Both the position numbers and the translations under genes were made by a program. The notes under the pieces were generated by a model. The model was given only the letters and a program-made list of their open reading frames with translations. It had not been told where the DNA came from and did no database searches. From assembly GCA_043754155.1 (NCBI GenBank), contig JAYUVJ010000093.1, positions 1 to 39,395 of the forward strand: DNA of 39,395 bases. The letters are read 5' to 3'. The stretch comes from Acidimicrobiia bacterium. GTDB lineage: Bacteria > Actinomycetota > Acidimicrobiia > Acidimicrobiales > JANYDT01. This document shows positions 24,998 to 34,516 of the stretch, piece after piece (the stretch's first letter is position 1; the number at the start of each line of letters is the position of its first letter).

Positions 24998-26422
24998 CTA
25001 TAGCGGGGCTAATTCGTAGGTGTCTTTGCCGTCTTTCATTGACCATCCTACGGTGGTTAGCTCTGCGCGCAGACGATCAGCTTCTGCCCAATCCTTGGCC
25101 AGGCGGGCACTCCAGCGCTGCTCTGCCAACAGCTTTATTTCGTCGCTGGCTGGTTCGAAGACCCGAAAGTGCGTTCCGAAATTGAGCCCGAACGCTGTAT
25201 CGAAAAAGCTGAGAGTCGCAGCCTTAACAGCATCTGGTAGGTCTGTTTTGGTCAGCTCCCATGCGAGCGCAAGTGCCCTTGGGAAATTGAGATCATTGTT
25301 CAGAAATTCTAGAAACTGGCTCACGTATTCTGGATCGGGTTGTTCGACAATAGGTTTGATGGCCCCAGTTTTTGACCCGTCAGCTGTCCAGGTCATGAAG
25401 AATGCGTCCAGCCGAGCGAATGCCCGAGCCGACGCATCGAGTGACTCCCAGGAGAAATCGAGCTGAGTCCGGTAGTGTGCAGTGAGGTTCATGTACCGAT
25501 AGTGAATGGGGAGATACCCACGATCAATCAGTACCTGGAGTCTTAAAAACTCGCCGGTGGATTTCGACATTTTGTCGCTGTTAAACAGCATGAAAAAGCC
25601 GTGCATCCAGTAGTTGGCAAGCCGGGTTTCATACGCAGCTTCGGTTTGGGAAATCTCGTTGGTGTGGTGAATCGCTACGTGGTCTTCGCCGCCGCAATGG
25701 ATATCGAACAACGCGCCCAAATACTTTTGCGCCATGGCTGAGCATTCGATGTGCCAACCCGGGAAACCCCGTCCCCAGGGTGAGTCCCATTCCATTTGGC
25801 GTTGCTCGACCGATTCGCCATCCTTTGCAACGGGAGAGAACTTCCACAACGCGTAGTCGGTGAGGTTGCGTTTCTCGCCCAACTCAACGCGTGCCCCACC
25901 TTGGAGACCGTCGATATCAACTCGGCCTAAGTAGCCATAGTCATCCTGTTTGGAAGTATCGAAGTACACGCCGTCACTGGTGACGTAGGTGAACCCGCGA
26001 TCCTCGATGCGTTGAATGAAATCGATTTGTTCGGGGATGTGGTCGGTGGCTTTGCACCAGATGGTCGGCGACACAATGTTCAGTGCACGTAGGTCTTTTT
26101 CAAACGCAACGGTGTATTCCTCGGCGATATCCCATGCCGTTTTGCCGGTTCTGCGTGAACCAGCTTCCATCTTGTCTTCGCCATCGTTGCCATCGGAAAC
26201 CAAATGGCCCACATCAGTGATGTTCATCACGTGGTTCACCTTGTAGCCGTTGAGACGCAGTACGCGGGTGAGGCCGTCCTCAAACAGATAGGTGCGCAGA
26301 TTTCCTATGTGGGCATAGTTGTAAACCGTGGGCCCACAGGTATACAAACCCACCTGCCCGGGGACGAGCGGAATGAATTCGCGTAGGGATCGGGTCCAGG
26401 TGTCGTACAACTTGAGTGCCAC
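24998..26422 (-). CDS. cysS: Cysteine--tRNA ligase
   Basis: Motifs [20 protein letters not shown] (HIGH-type) and KMSKSTG, with a C-terminal [20 protein letters not shown] tail typical of CysRS rather than MshC. I place the start at GTG 26422 ((M)[15 protein letters not shown], aligning with E. coli MLKIFNTLTRQKEEF). GGAGG sits only 1 nt upstream, so the start is not certain. The track's 56-codon N-terminal extension reads through the 84-bp repeat. Confidence 0.85.
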   Translation of the reverse strand: MALKLYDTWTRSLREFIPLVPGQVGLYTCGPTVYNYAHIGNLRTYLFEDGLTRVLRLNGYKVNHVMNITDVGHLVSDGNDGEDKMEAGSRRTGKTAWDIAEEYTVAFEKDLRALNIVSPTIWCKATDHIPEQIDFIQRIEDRGFTYVTSDGVYFDTSKQDDYGYLGRVDIDGLQGGARVELGEKRNLTDYALWKFSPVAKDGESVEQRQMEWDSPWGRGFPGWHIECSAMAQKYLGALFDIHCGGEDHVAIHHTNEISQTEAAYETRLANYWMHGFFMLFNSDKMSKSTGEFLRLQVLIDRGYLPIHYRYMNLTAHYRTQLDFSWESLDASARAFARLDAFFMTWTADGSKTGAIKPIVEQPDPEYVSQFLEFLNNDLNFPRALALAWELTKTDLPDAVKAATLSFFDTAFGLNFGTHFRVFEPASDEIKLLAEQRWSARLAKDWAEADRLRAELTTVGWSMKDGKDTYELAPL

Positions 26423-26530
26423 GCCTCCAAGGTTAGAGGGGCAAGTGACTATCGAATGCTCAGAATTCGTATCATTTAGCCGCTGACCCCGCACCGATCC
26501 AGCCGTCGAACTCTCACCGATCGAGCCGTT

Positions 26531-26690
26531 GGGCTCTTGGCGAGTGCGGTCGATTTGCCTGTCCAGAGATGCCGTTGTAACCGGAATCAAGAGTTGAGTG
26601 TGAGGACTGGTGTATTCCCAGCAGCGAGTGCGGTCGATTTGCCTGTCCAGAAGAGGGGTGTTGACCGGATTCGAGATTTAGGTGTGTGCA
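26531..26690. repeat. Tandem duplication with an 84-bp period, two copies
   Basis: cgagtgcggtcgatttgcctgtccaga occurs identically at 26531 and 26615. The next ~40 nt of each copy align with scattered substitutions (gatgccgttgtaaccggaatcaagagttgagtgtgagga versus agaggggtgttgaccggattcgagatttaggtgtgtgca). Confidence 0.9.
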
Positions 26691-26747
26691 CAGCCGTAAC
26701 CCAGGCAGCACCACGCTGGCCCCGAGGCAGGTAGCGTTGGGTCCCTT

Positions 26748-28112
26748 ATGTCTGGAGCCCCTACGTCTGCCGAAACGCCGCCGTCGCCAGTGGCCCCCAG
26801 CGCTCCCGGCTCGAAACGCGGTAGATCTAACAAGGCAGGAAAACCTGAGCGTGAGCCCTTGCCCGCGGGATTTTGGGTGGTGTGGACGACCGTTGTGATC
26901 GACCTCATCGGCTTCGGCATCGCCATCCCCGTACTCAATCCTTTCGCTCGCCAACTGGGTTCCACGCCGCTGATGATTGGTTTCATCGGTGCCGCGTTTT
27001 CCCTCGCCCAGTTTGTTGTGGCTCCCATGCTCGGCCGTCTTTCAGACCGGATCGGGCGCAAACCGGTGTTGATCCTGTCGCTCGCGGGCACGGCTGTTGG
27101 TTCGTTGGCGACGGGGTTGGCGACGGCTCCGTGGATGCTCATGGCTGCCCGAGCGTTCGATGGGGCTTCCGGGGCGACGCTTGGGGTAGCGCAAGCGGCC
27201 GTGGCGGATATTGCTCCACCAAGGCGAAGGGCTGCACTGTTGGGAATGTTGGGTGCGGCCTTCGGTATTGGCTTCACCATTGGCCCGGCCATTTCCGGTG
27301 TGGCGGTGTTGTTGGGCGGTCGGCGTGCTCCGTTCTTCGTAGCCGCAGCCATTGCCGCGGCCAACGGCATCGCAACCGTGGTGCGATTCCCCAACACGAA
27401 AACCCTGCACGACCGGCTCACCATCGAATCAGCAGACAAATCAGCAGACAAATCAGCGGCGATCGGGTCGTTAGGAGGTCTCACCTTTGCGGACGGTATT
27501 TCCCCAGGTGGTGAGCTGAAACTCGCGAAGACATGGCGTGAAAATGGGCTCCCGGTGTTAATTGTCATCGGCGGCATCACCACGTTGGCTTTCACCATGT
27601 TTGAGCAGATGTTCGCGCTGTACGGCGAGGACCGAATCGGCTTTACGAAGTCGTCGGCACCTTGGGCGTTTGTGATTATTGGGATCGTAGTGAGTGTGGT
27701 GCAGGGCGGACTGCTTCGTCCGGCCATTGCTGCTGCAGGGGAGAGGAAGTTGCTGCTGGGCGGTACGGTGGCTGTTGGTTTGAGTTTGGCGTTGGTAAGC
27801 GTGACCCGATCATGGCCGGTGTTGGTTCCCGTGTTGGTGCTGCTTTCCCTGGGCCAAGGATTTGCCTCGCCCACCATGCAAGCCACCATGACCAACGCAA
27901 TTTCGGCCGACGTTCGTGGTGAGTTACTCGGTGTCGTGGCGCGGTGGGGTTCCTTGGCTCGGGTGGCTGGGCCGATCTTGGGCGGCTTTTTGTTCCAAAA
28001 GGTTGGGAAGGGTTCCCCGTTTTTGGTGGGCGCAGCACTCTATGCAGTGTCAGTTCTTGTTTTGTCGGGCCGTTCACGGGTTGAACGGGAAGTTAGCCCA
28101 AAGGTTCGCTAA
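26748..28112 (+). CDS. MFS transporter
   Basis: 454-aa ORF with many hydrophobic spans. MFS motif A reads MLGRLSDRIGRKPVLILS. It contains an in-frame 12-bp duplication (tcagcagacaaa x2, 27429-27452, ADKSADKS). Confidence 0.85.
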   Translation: MSGAPTSAETPPSPVAPSAPGSKRGRSNKAGKPEREPLPAGFWVVWTTVVIDLIGFGIAIPVLNPFARQLGSTPLMIGFIGAAFSLAQFVVAPMLGRLSDRIGRKPVLILSLAGTAVGSLATGLATAPWMLMAARAFDGASGATLGVAQAAVADIAPPRRRAALLGMLGAAFGIGFTIGPAISGVAVLLGGRRAPFFVAAAIAAANGIATVVRFPNTKTLHDRLTIESADKSADKSAAIGSLGGLTFADGISPGGELKLAKTWRENGLPVLIVIGGITTLAFTMFEQMFALYGEDRIGFTKSSAPWAFVIIGIVVSVVQGGLLRPAIAAAGERKLLLGGTVAVGLSLALVSVTRSWPVLVPVLVLLSLGQGFASPTMQATMTNAISADVRGELLGVVARWGSLARVAGPILGGFLFQKVGKGSPFLVGAALYAVSVLVLSGRSRVEREVSPKVR

Positions 28113-28321
28113 CTCTTGGGCTGAATGGCCTCAACTCTGCACGGTTTTTTACCGATATTGCTTTCAACACCAGGTCGTTGGCCCAATTGACCGGCATAAC
28201 GTTTCCAAATAGTTGCTTGCTAGCTGTATGCTAACTATAGTTTGCACCTCGGTTTCCGAGACATTTGGTGGTCAACCTCCAACGCAGATAGCCGTTAGAC
28301 CTCTTTCCTACTGGAGTTCCC

Positions 28322-29557
28322 ATGACCGATTTTTCCATGAGCCTTAACGAGGATCAGCTACAAATTCAGAAGTGGTGTCACGACTTTGCGGAGAAGTCCA
28401 TGCGCCCGGTTGCTGAGGAGTGGGACGAGCGCGAAGAGTTCCCTTGGCCAGTTGTTCAGGAGGCCGCTTCGATTGGGTTGTATGGCTGGGAGTTCTTAAT
28501 GAACGCCATGAGCGACCCGACCGGTCTCACGATGCCCGTTGCCATCGAGGAAATCTTCTGGGGCGACGCTGGTTTAGGTATGGCCATCATGGGTACCGGG
28601 TTGGCCGCAGCGGGAATTGCCGCCAACGGAACGCCTGAGCAAGTCATGGAATGGGTGCCCCAGTGTTACGGCACCGCCACTGATGTGAAGCTCGGCGCCT
28701 TTTGTGTTTCGGAGCCCGACGCAGGATCCGATGTTTCTTCACTTCGTACGCGCGCTGTCTTTAACGAGGCGAAGGACGAGTGGACTCTCAATGGGACCAA
28801 AGCTTGGATTACCAACGGTGGTATCGCCGACATCCACGTGGTGGTTGCTGCCGTTGATCCAGTGCTCAAAGGCCGCGGACAAGCATCGTTTGTGATTCCT
28901 AAGGAAGCCAAGGGTCTCTCCATGGGCCAGAAGTACAAAAAGCATGGCATCCGCGCTTCACATACCGCTGAAGTAGTGCTCGACGATGTTCGCATTCCCG
29001 GCGCTTTTCTCCTCGGTGGCTCAGCGAAGCTCGAAGCGAAATTGGCCAAGGCCCGCGAATCCGCAACCGCCGGTGGAGCCATTATTGCTTCAGGAACGAA
29101 GCAGCCAGCTATGGCCACCTTCGAGGCCACTCGTCCGGCCGTAGGCGCGCAGGCTTTAGGAATTGCTAGAGCCGCATACGAATACTCGTTGGAGTACGCA
29201 AAGAATCGTGTGGCCTTTGGTCGTCCGATCATCATGAATCAAGCCATTGCTTTCAAGCTGGCCAAAATGGTTACTGATATTGATGCCTCACGTCTATTGA
29301 TTTGGCGGGCAGCATGGTTGGCGAAAAACGGTGGCTTCAAGAATGCTGAAGGTTCCATGTCCAAGTGGTTCGCCTCCGAGACTGCAGTCCGCGTAACCGA
29401 AGAAGCCATCCAAATTCTCGGCGGCTACGGCTACACCCGCGAGTACCCCGTGGAGCGCTGGCACCGGGACGCAAAGATCCACACGATCTTTGAAGGAACC
29501 TCGGAGATCCAGCAGCTCGTTATCTCGCGAGCCATATCCGGATTGAGGATTGAGTAG
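28322..29557 (+). CDS. Acyl-CoA dehydrogenase family protein
   Basis: FCVSEPDAGSDVSSLRTRA, WITNGG, and C-terminal IHTIFEGTSEIQQLVISRAI. GGAG lies 6 nt upstream of the ATG. Confidence 0.85.
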   Translation: MTDFSMSLNEDQLQIQKWCHDFAEKSMRPVAEEWDEREEFPWPVVQEAASIGLYGWEFLMNAMSDPTGLTMPVAIEEIFWGDAGLGMAIMGTGLAAAGIAANGTPEQVMEWVPQCYGTATDVKLGAFCVSEPDAGSDVSSLRTRAVFNEAKDEWTLNGTKAWITNGGIADIHVVVAAVDPVLKGRGQASFVIPKEAKGLSMGQKYKKHGIRASHTAEVVLDDVRIPGAFLLGGSAKLEAKLAKARESATAGGAIIASGTKQPAMATFEATRPAVGAQALGIARAAYEYSLEYAKNRVAFGRPIIMNQAIAFKLAKMVTDIDASRLLIWRAAWLAKNGGFKNAEGSMSKWFASETAVRVTEEAIQILGGYGYTREYPVERWHRDAKIHTIFEGTSEIQQLVISRAISGLRIE

Positions 29558-29611
29558 TTTTCGTCCGCCTGGTGTTGGGGTTGTCTCGAAGCCATCCCTA
29601 CTCCTATCCCT

Positions 29612-30700
29612 ATGTCAAAGATCGTCGCTACACTTTCGGGTGTGGTGACGATTCACGAACGCAAGCCTGCGGTGGGAAGTGCGCGCGTTCACGGGGCGCT
29701 CTGTTTCGGGAGTACCGACGCAAGTTTCGCGAACGGTTCACGGCACGAAGAAGGATGCGCGGCGCATTGCTGCTGAGTTGACGGTTGCACCGTCGGGTCG
29801 TGCCGCTGGTCGTTCGGTGTCGGATGTGTTGGAGGCGTGGGTGCGCAAGCACGATGCAACTTGGGCACCGGCATCGCGTCGTGATCAGTTGTCGCGTGTG
29901 GCGCGGATCAACGGCGATCGGATCGCTCGTTTGTCGGTTGCGCGGTTGACGATCGAGGATGTCGAGCGTTGGCATGCGCGCTTACGAGACGAGGGATTGG
30001 CCGACGTCTCGATTCGGAACATTCATGGCGTGTTGCGTGCGGCGTTAACGCAGGCGGTTCGGTGGGGTTGGATTTCGCGCAACGTTGCGTCGCTGGCGGA
30101 GTTGTCGTCTCGCAAGGTTGTGGCTCGTGGGGTGATGAGTGCTTCGGAGATTCGTGCAGTGATAGCTGCCGGTGATGCGATCGGTTCTGAGGTTGGGTTG
30201 ATGCTGCGGATTGCGGCGGTGACTGGAGCGCGTCGTGCGGAGCTGGCGGCGTTGCAGTGGGCGGACGTGGTGGACGGTGTGTTGACGATTGACTCAGCGA
30301 TTGAGATTGATCGCCGTCGCGGAAAGGTGGCGTTGGCTGATGCGCCGACGAAGACTGCAAATCAAAGGCGACTAACGCTTGATGCGGCGACGTTGGTTGT
30401 CGTTGAGCGCGAGCGGGTGGAACGTGAGGAGTTCGGCCCGTGGATGTTCACGGTCGGCGACGTGCCCCCGAACCCGGATCGCATTGGCTATTGGTGGCGG
30501 ATCGCCCGTGAGAAGTCGGGCATCAAGGTGAAGTGGCGTCTCCACGACTTGCGTCACTGGTCGGCGTCGGCGGCAATCGCCGCGGGCCACGACATCAAGA
30601 CCGTTGCGGATCGTTTGGGTTGCAAGTCTTACTTTTGATACGCGAGGCGTTGACCGGGATAAGTCTGATCGTCTGGCGATCCGGCGGGCGCTCGCCGTTG
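29612..30700 (+). pseudogene. Decayed tyrosine recombinase (phage-type integrase)
   Basis: The main ORF (29679-30638) has the core-binding and catalytic regions (LRIAAVTGARRAELAALQWADV; WRLHDLRHWSASAAIAAGHDIKTVADRLG). It stops at ...GCKSYF*, before the catalytic Tyr. The expected tail continues in the +1 frame as SLTFDTRGVDRDKSDRLAIRRAL, in which the Tyr position of the usual T-L-D-T-Y-G/A-H motif reads Arg. At the 5' end the motif WEVRAFTGRSVSGVPTQVSRTVHGTKKDA is preceded by an in-frame TGA (29646), and a plausible N-terminus (MSKIVATLSGVVTIHERKPAVGS, ATG 29612) lies in another frame. Confidence 0.7.
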
Positions 30701-30877
30701 TCGGTGATGTCGAGTTGCTTTATGTTCATCGCGGATCGCGAGACGAAGTGCTCCTAGGTCTTCCCGATTGCATCGGTTGGGCAGTGGTCGAATTCGGGCT
30801 CGGTTACGTCGACTCTTAACGCCGAAGCAGACTCAAAACGTTACTAGTAGATCTCAACAATCGCATACTGTGGACTG

Positions 30878-31738
30878 ATGGACGTTGCTGTTGTTGACTA
30901 CCAGGCTTCTGATGCTCACGCTCAGTTTGCTCACTCGTTGAAGGAAACTGGATTCGCGGTAATCGTGAATCATCCAATCGCCCCCAAACTCATCGAGCGG
31001 GTGCAGGACGGATGGCTGGAGTACTTCACCTCATCACACGACAAGCACGCTTACCTTCAGAGCAAAGATGGGGATGGCTACTACCCGCCCAATGTCTCTG
31101 AAACGGCGAAGGGTGCAAGCATCAAGGACCTCAAAGAGTTCTTCCACGTGTATCCGGAGTGGGGTTGCTATCCGGCCGAGGTTGACAGAACCGCCCACGA
31201 TCTTTTCGCCCAGGCGACCGACGTGGCCAAGACCCTCCTGGGATGGGTAGAGCGCCACACTCCTGAGGAGGTGGCTAAGGGTTACTCGATGCCTCTTTCG
31301 CAGATGGTCCATGCGAGCCGCCGTACGCTCCTGCGTATTCTTCACTATCCACCACTGCGAGGTGACGAACCTAGCGGAGCCGTGCGTGCGGCTGCTCATG
31401 AAGATATCAACCTGATCACGGTCTTGCCCGCTGCTAACGAACCCGGTCTTCAGGTTAAAGATTTCGATGGAAAGTGGCACGACGTTCCCTGCGATCTCGG
31501 ATCACTCGCCATCAATGCCGGTGACATGCTCCAGTATGCGAGCGGTGGCTACTTTCCTTCAACGACCCATCGTGTGGTTAACCCCACAGGGGAGTCGGCA
31601 ATGCGCTCACGTATATCTATGCCACTGTTCCTGCATCCTCAGGACGATGTTGTGCTTGCCGACGGTCGGACCGCATCAAGCTTCCTGAACGAACGAATCG
31701 CGATTTTGCGTGGTGAACTCCCTAAAACAACGACATAA
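30878..31738 (+). CDS. 2-oxoglutarate/Fe(II)-dependent oxygenase (isopenicillin-N-synthase-like family)
   Basis: 286-aa ORF. The facial triad is AAHEDINLITVL (H-x-D) plus TTHRVVNP. LQVKDFDGKWHDVP and RISMPLFLHP are typical of the family. Confidence 0.75.
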   Translation: MDVAVVDYQASDAHAQFAHSLKETGFAVIVNHPIAPKLIERVQDGWLEYFTSSHDKHAYLQSKDGDGYYPPNVSETAKGASIKDLKEFFHVYPEWGCYPAEVDRTAHDLFAQATDVAKTLLGWVERHTPEEVAKGYSMPLSQMVHASRRTLLRILHYPPLRGDEPSGAVRAAAHEDINLITVLPAANEPGLQVKDFDGKWHDVPCDLGSLAINAGDMLQYASGGYFPSTTHRVVNPTGESAMRSRISMPLFLHPQDDVVLADGRTASSFLNERIAILRGELPKTTT

Positions 31739-31827
31739 CTATCGCGTGTGCGCAAATCATTACGTGGTGAACTCTTTAAGCGGCGACGCAATTAGCTCGT
31801 TTGCGCGAATCATTGCGTAATGATCTC
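31694..31827 (+). repeat. Three degenerate direct copies (period ~53-57 bp) spanning the oxygenase stop codon
   Basis: cgaatcgcgattttgcgtggtgaactc (31694-31720, inside the CDS), cgcaaatcattacgtggtgaactc (31751-31774) and cgcgaatcattgcgtaatgatctc (31804-31827). Copy 3 contains the small hairpin ATCATT-gcgt-AATGAT. Confidence 0.7.
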
Positions 31828-31906
31828 GGAGTGAAATCCGCAGTGGTGCTGGAGGCCGGAGGTAACACTCGCAAGGATTGACGCTTCTGTGCTCTGGCCG
31901 AGCGGT

Positions 31907-32600
31907 TTATCGAAAAGTCACGCTATGCCCGAAGGGAAAGAGTGGCGGAACATCGTCGCTCGGTCGGTCGCAGGGTTGCTTGAGGACAGACTCCATAGAG
32001 GTGGGAAGGCGGAATGGCAGTTTGCCGACCGGTGTAGCAATGCCACTCAGCACGTCGACGATGGTAGAATCTGATGCGCGAAACTCGGCAATGAGTGTTG
32101 AAGCGTGATTAGCAATTGGCCCGAGCACGGCTGGGCGAACCATATGTACAATTACGACTGTTGGGACCACACCACTGAGCTTGTTGACCAGTTTCGCGTG
32201 ATGGCCAATCCGACAGCACCAAACCCCTGTAGCCGTATGTTCCCTGGAGTAGACCAGCAATCAACTCGTGACTGAACCCTGCTCCAACTTGCTCGATTTT
32301 GCGACCCTCTAGTCACTATGGGAAATGGCTTGTCCTCGCTGTCGCACGTGAAGTCGTAAGCATTTGTCGTCACCGCTCCAGTTATGTAAGTAAGTGCGGC
32401 GCTGTGACGCGTAGCTGATGCTGTGGCTCCATGGCTCGCCAAGTAAGTGAGTCGCACTCTGTTCACGACTGCGCCGAAGGTGAGCCGGTGTCGAGCAATC
32501 TTCGGTAGGGTTTCGGTGTGAAGCTGCAGCGGTTCGTGGAACACAGAAAGATGCCTTGGGTCAACGGACGGGGTGTCACGCATGAGGTGGCCGTTGCCCA
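31907..32600 (-). pseudogene. Decayed glycoside hydrolase family 3 (beta-glucosidase-like) gene
   Basis: ORF 31907-32260(-) ends with a GH3 C-terminal pattern: KLVNKLSGVVPTVVIVHMVRPAVL...IVDVLSGIATPVGKLPFRLPTS...PLFPFGHSVTF. Immediately upstream, in another frame, is the GH3 nucleophile motif GFSHELIAGLLQGTYGYRGLVLSDW (SDW at about 32205-32213). In intact enzymes these two regions lie hundreds of residues apart, so there is a large internal deletion plus frameshifts. The upstream extent (to about 32600) is uncertain. Confidence 0.6.
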
Positions 32601-33117
32601 AGTTGGTGATACCTGGGATTGGCGTTTGAGCATTGCCGAGGTGGCGGAAGATGGCCCGTTTTCAGTTCTGCCGGGTGTTGATCGAGTTCTTGTGGTTGCC
32701 ACTGGAAACGGTATGACCCTCACTATCGACGGACGTTCCCACAAGCTCGCTCGTTTCGAAGTCGCGAGCTTTGACGGCGGATCCGAAACCCTAGGTGAGC
32801 TTATGAATGGATCTGTTTACGATCTCAATCTGATGGTCTACCGTTCGGCCAACATCGGCAAGCCCATGATTGAAGTGAAACATCTTGAACGCAATGAGCC
32901 TGTTCGTGTTGAAACAATAGAAAATTTGCTGGCGCTCGTCGTGCTCGAAGGATCTATCGCTGTGGAAACCGCTGGCGACGGGTTCCCGTTCAATCCAGTC
33001 AAAGCCCGAGCTTCACGACTCGATGCGTTTCTTCCCACTCTCGACCTCAAATCCAAAAGCTCATCTTTGTACGCAGCGACAAAATCCGTCGTTGCGATGG
33101 CGACTCTGACCGAGTGA
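32518..33117 (+). CDS. HutD/Ves family protein
   Basis: 199-aa ORF with a GTG start. MPWVNGRGVTHEVAV...WDWRLSIAEVAEDGPFSVLPGVDRVLVVATGNGMTL matches the HutD pattern (W.NGgG.T.Ei / WR.S.A.v...GpFS.fpG.dR). Confidence 0.65.
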   Translation: MKLQRFVEHRKMPWVNGRGVTHEVAVAQVGDTWDWRLSIAEVAEDGPFSVLPGVDRVLVVATGNGMTLTIDGRSHKLARFEVASFDGGSETLGELMNGSVYDLNLMVYRSANIGKPMIEVKHLERNEPVRVETIENLLALVVLEGSIAVETAGDGFPFNPVKARASRLDAFLPTLDLKSKSSSLYAATKSVVAMATLTE

Positions 33118-33321
33118 ATCAAGCAACGTTTGAAGAGCCACTCCGAACCCAACGCGGTGGAGTTCCTTGGATCACCCGCCCATGGTTTGACCCGGGTAGC
33201 GCTATTCGATCGAGTGGCTATCGGGCTTCGTTCCGAGGATGTCGACACATCGGGTAGGCCACCGAGGGTGAGAATTGCGGCGGGGCGCTTCGGGCGATTG
33301 CGGCCGCTCGGTTGGCGGAGC

Positions 33322-34395
33322 TCACTCGGTGACGAAACCTTTCCAACCGCGCATGTAGTTGAGGAATGGTTCGGACAGGCCCTCGTTGGCTAGGTAGGCG
33401 GCTGAGACGGGAATTTTTGACGGCACAAAACTGGCGTCAAAAGCAAGACGTTTTGGGTAGTCGTGGTGGAGAATCGCTGCTCGACCCAAGAAGGCGAAAT
33501 CGGCGCCCAACGACAATGCCCGTTCGATATCGGCAGGATTTTGCAATTTTCCGGCAACACCGAGGGGAACCCGTCGGCCACTTGGTGCAGTGCGACGCTC
33601 AACCGCCGTTGCCACTTCGATAAGTGTGCTTCCTTTGTGTCCAGCGTCCTCGGGCTCCTTAAAACAATCCCAAAGCGAGAGATCCACAAAGTCAACCTGA
33701 TCAGAGTCGATCAGTTGCTGAGTGACCGTCAGGATCTCGCCGATGTGCATACCGAAACGCTCAGGTGATACACGCACGCCCAGAATGAAATCGTGTTGAC
33801 ACTGCGCACGAATTCCAGCGATGATCTCAAATAACAACCGGCTGCGATTTTCTAACGATCCGCCATACTGATCGTGGCGATGATTCAATGAGCTACTCAA
33901 GAACTGGCAAATCATGTACCCGTGGGCGCCGTGCAGTTCGACACCGTCAAAACCTGCAACCTCACAGCGCTTGGCGGCGGCCACGAAATCTTCGACCAGT
34001 TCAGCCACTTCCTGGGTGCTTAAAGCTCGGGCACCTGTCTCTGCGTCATCGGATGGACAGACCGGGATCCCACCGGTCAATGCCGCGGGTGCGCGATTAC
34101 CGGCGTGATGCAACTGCGCGATGGACACGCTTTGTGTGGCGTTGATTTGCAAAGCCAATTCACGAAGGCCCTCGATATGGTCGTCAGAGAAGGTACCAAG
34201 CTGCCCGGCGAAACCTTGCCCGATGGCTTGCACATGTGCGGCTGCGGTCATGGTGAGCCCGAAACCACCACGAGCCCGCATTGCTAACCAATTCCTTTCG
34301 GCATCGCTAAGCGTGCCATCGGGATTGCTTTGCTGGTTCGTGAGCGGAGCGAGGGCGAAATGATTCGGCATGGCCTTGCCACGCGGAAAGGACAC
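33322..34395 (-). CDS. NADH:flavin oxidoreductase (Old Yellow Enzyme family)
   Basis: GFDGVELHGAHGYMICQFLSSSLNHRHDQYGGSLENRSRLLFEII is the OYE signature. The first canonical start is GTG 34395, but the conserved N-terminal KLFTPVSF... begins 7 codons upstream, where only ATC (34416) is available. Confidence 0.8.
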   Translation of the reverse strand: MSFPRGKAMPNHFALAPLTNQQSNPDGTLSDAERNWLAMRARGGFGLTMTAAAHVQAIGQGFAGQLGTFSDDHIEGLRELALQINATQSVSIAQLHHAGNRAPAALTGGIPVCPSDDAETGARALSTQEVAELVEDFVAAAKRCEVAGFDGVELHGAHGYMICQFLSSSLNHRHDQYGGSLENRSRLLFEIIAGIRAQCQHDFILGVRVSPERFGMHIGEILTVTQQLIDSDQVDFVDLSLWDCFKEPEDAGHKGSTLIEVATAVERRTAPSGRRVPLGVAGKLQNPADIERALSLGADFAFLGRAAILHHDYPKRLAFDASFVPSKIPVSAAYLANEGLSEPFLNYMRGWKGFVTE

Positions 34396-34516
34396 AGGAG
34401 TGAAAAGCTTTTCGATCCGTACATCCTTGTCAATGAACTTCCCGAACGCAAAAGGGGGTGAGCTTTAGCGTTCGATGGGACAACCTCAATGACGCATTTC
34501 TTATTGTGGACTTCTC

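Noticed and set aside
26423-26590. 56-codon N-terminal extension of cysS in the ORF track
   Set aside because: The extension reads through the 84-bp tandem repeat and has no counterpart in CysRS. The conserved N-terminus (ALKLYDTW...) begins at GTG 26422.
26678-27895. 405-aa minus-strand ORF (also 26873..27514 + and several other long ORFs overlapping the MFS gene)
   Set aside because: It is an antisense or off-frame shadow of the MFS transporter gene. The composition is Ala/Pro/Arg-rich with no motifs, whereas the plus-strand frame has clear MFS features.
28200-28245. Possible operator in the AT-rich stretch upstream of the acyl-CoA dehydrogenase (ATAGTTGC...GCTAGC...ATAGTTTGC)
   Set aside because: It has only short direct repeats and a 4-bp inverted repeat (TAGC-tgtat-GCTA). 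That is not distinguishable from chance in an AT-rich promoter region.
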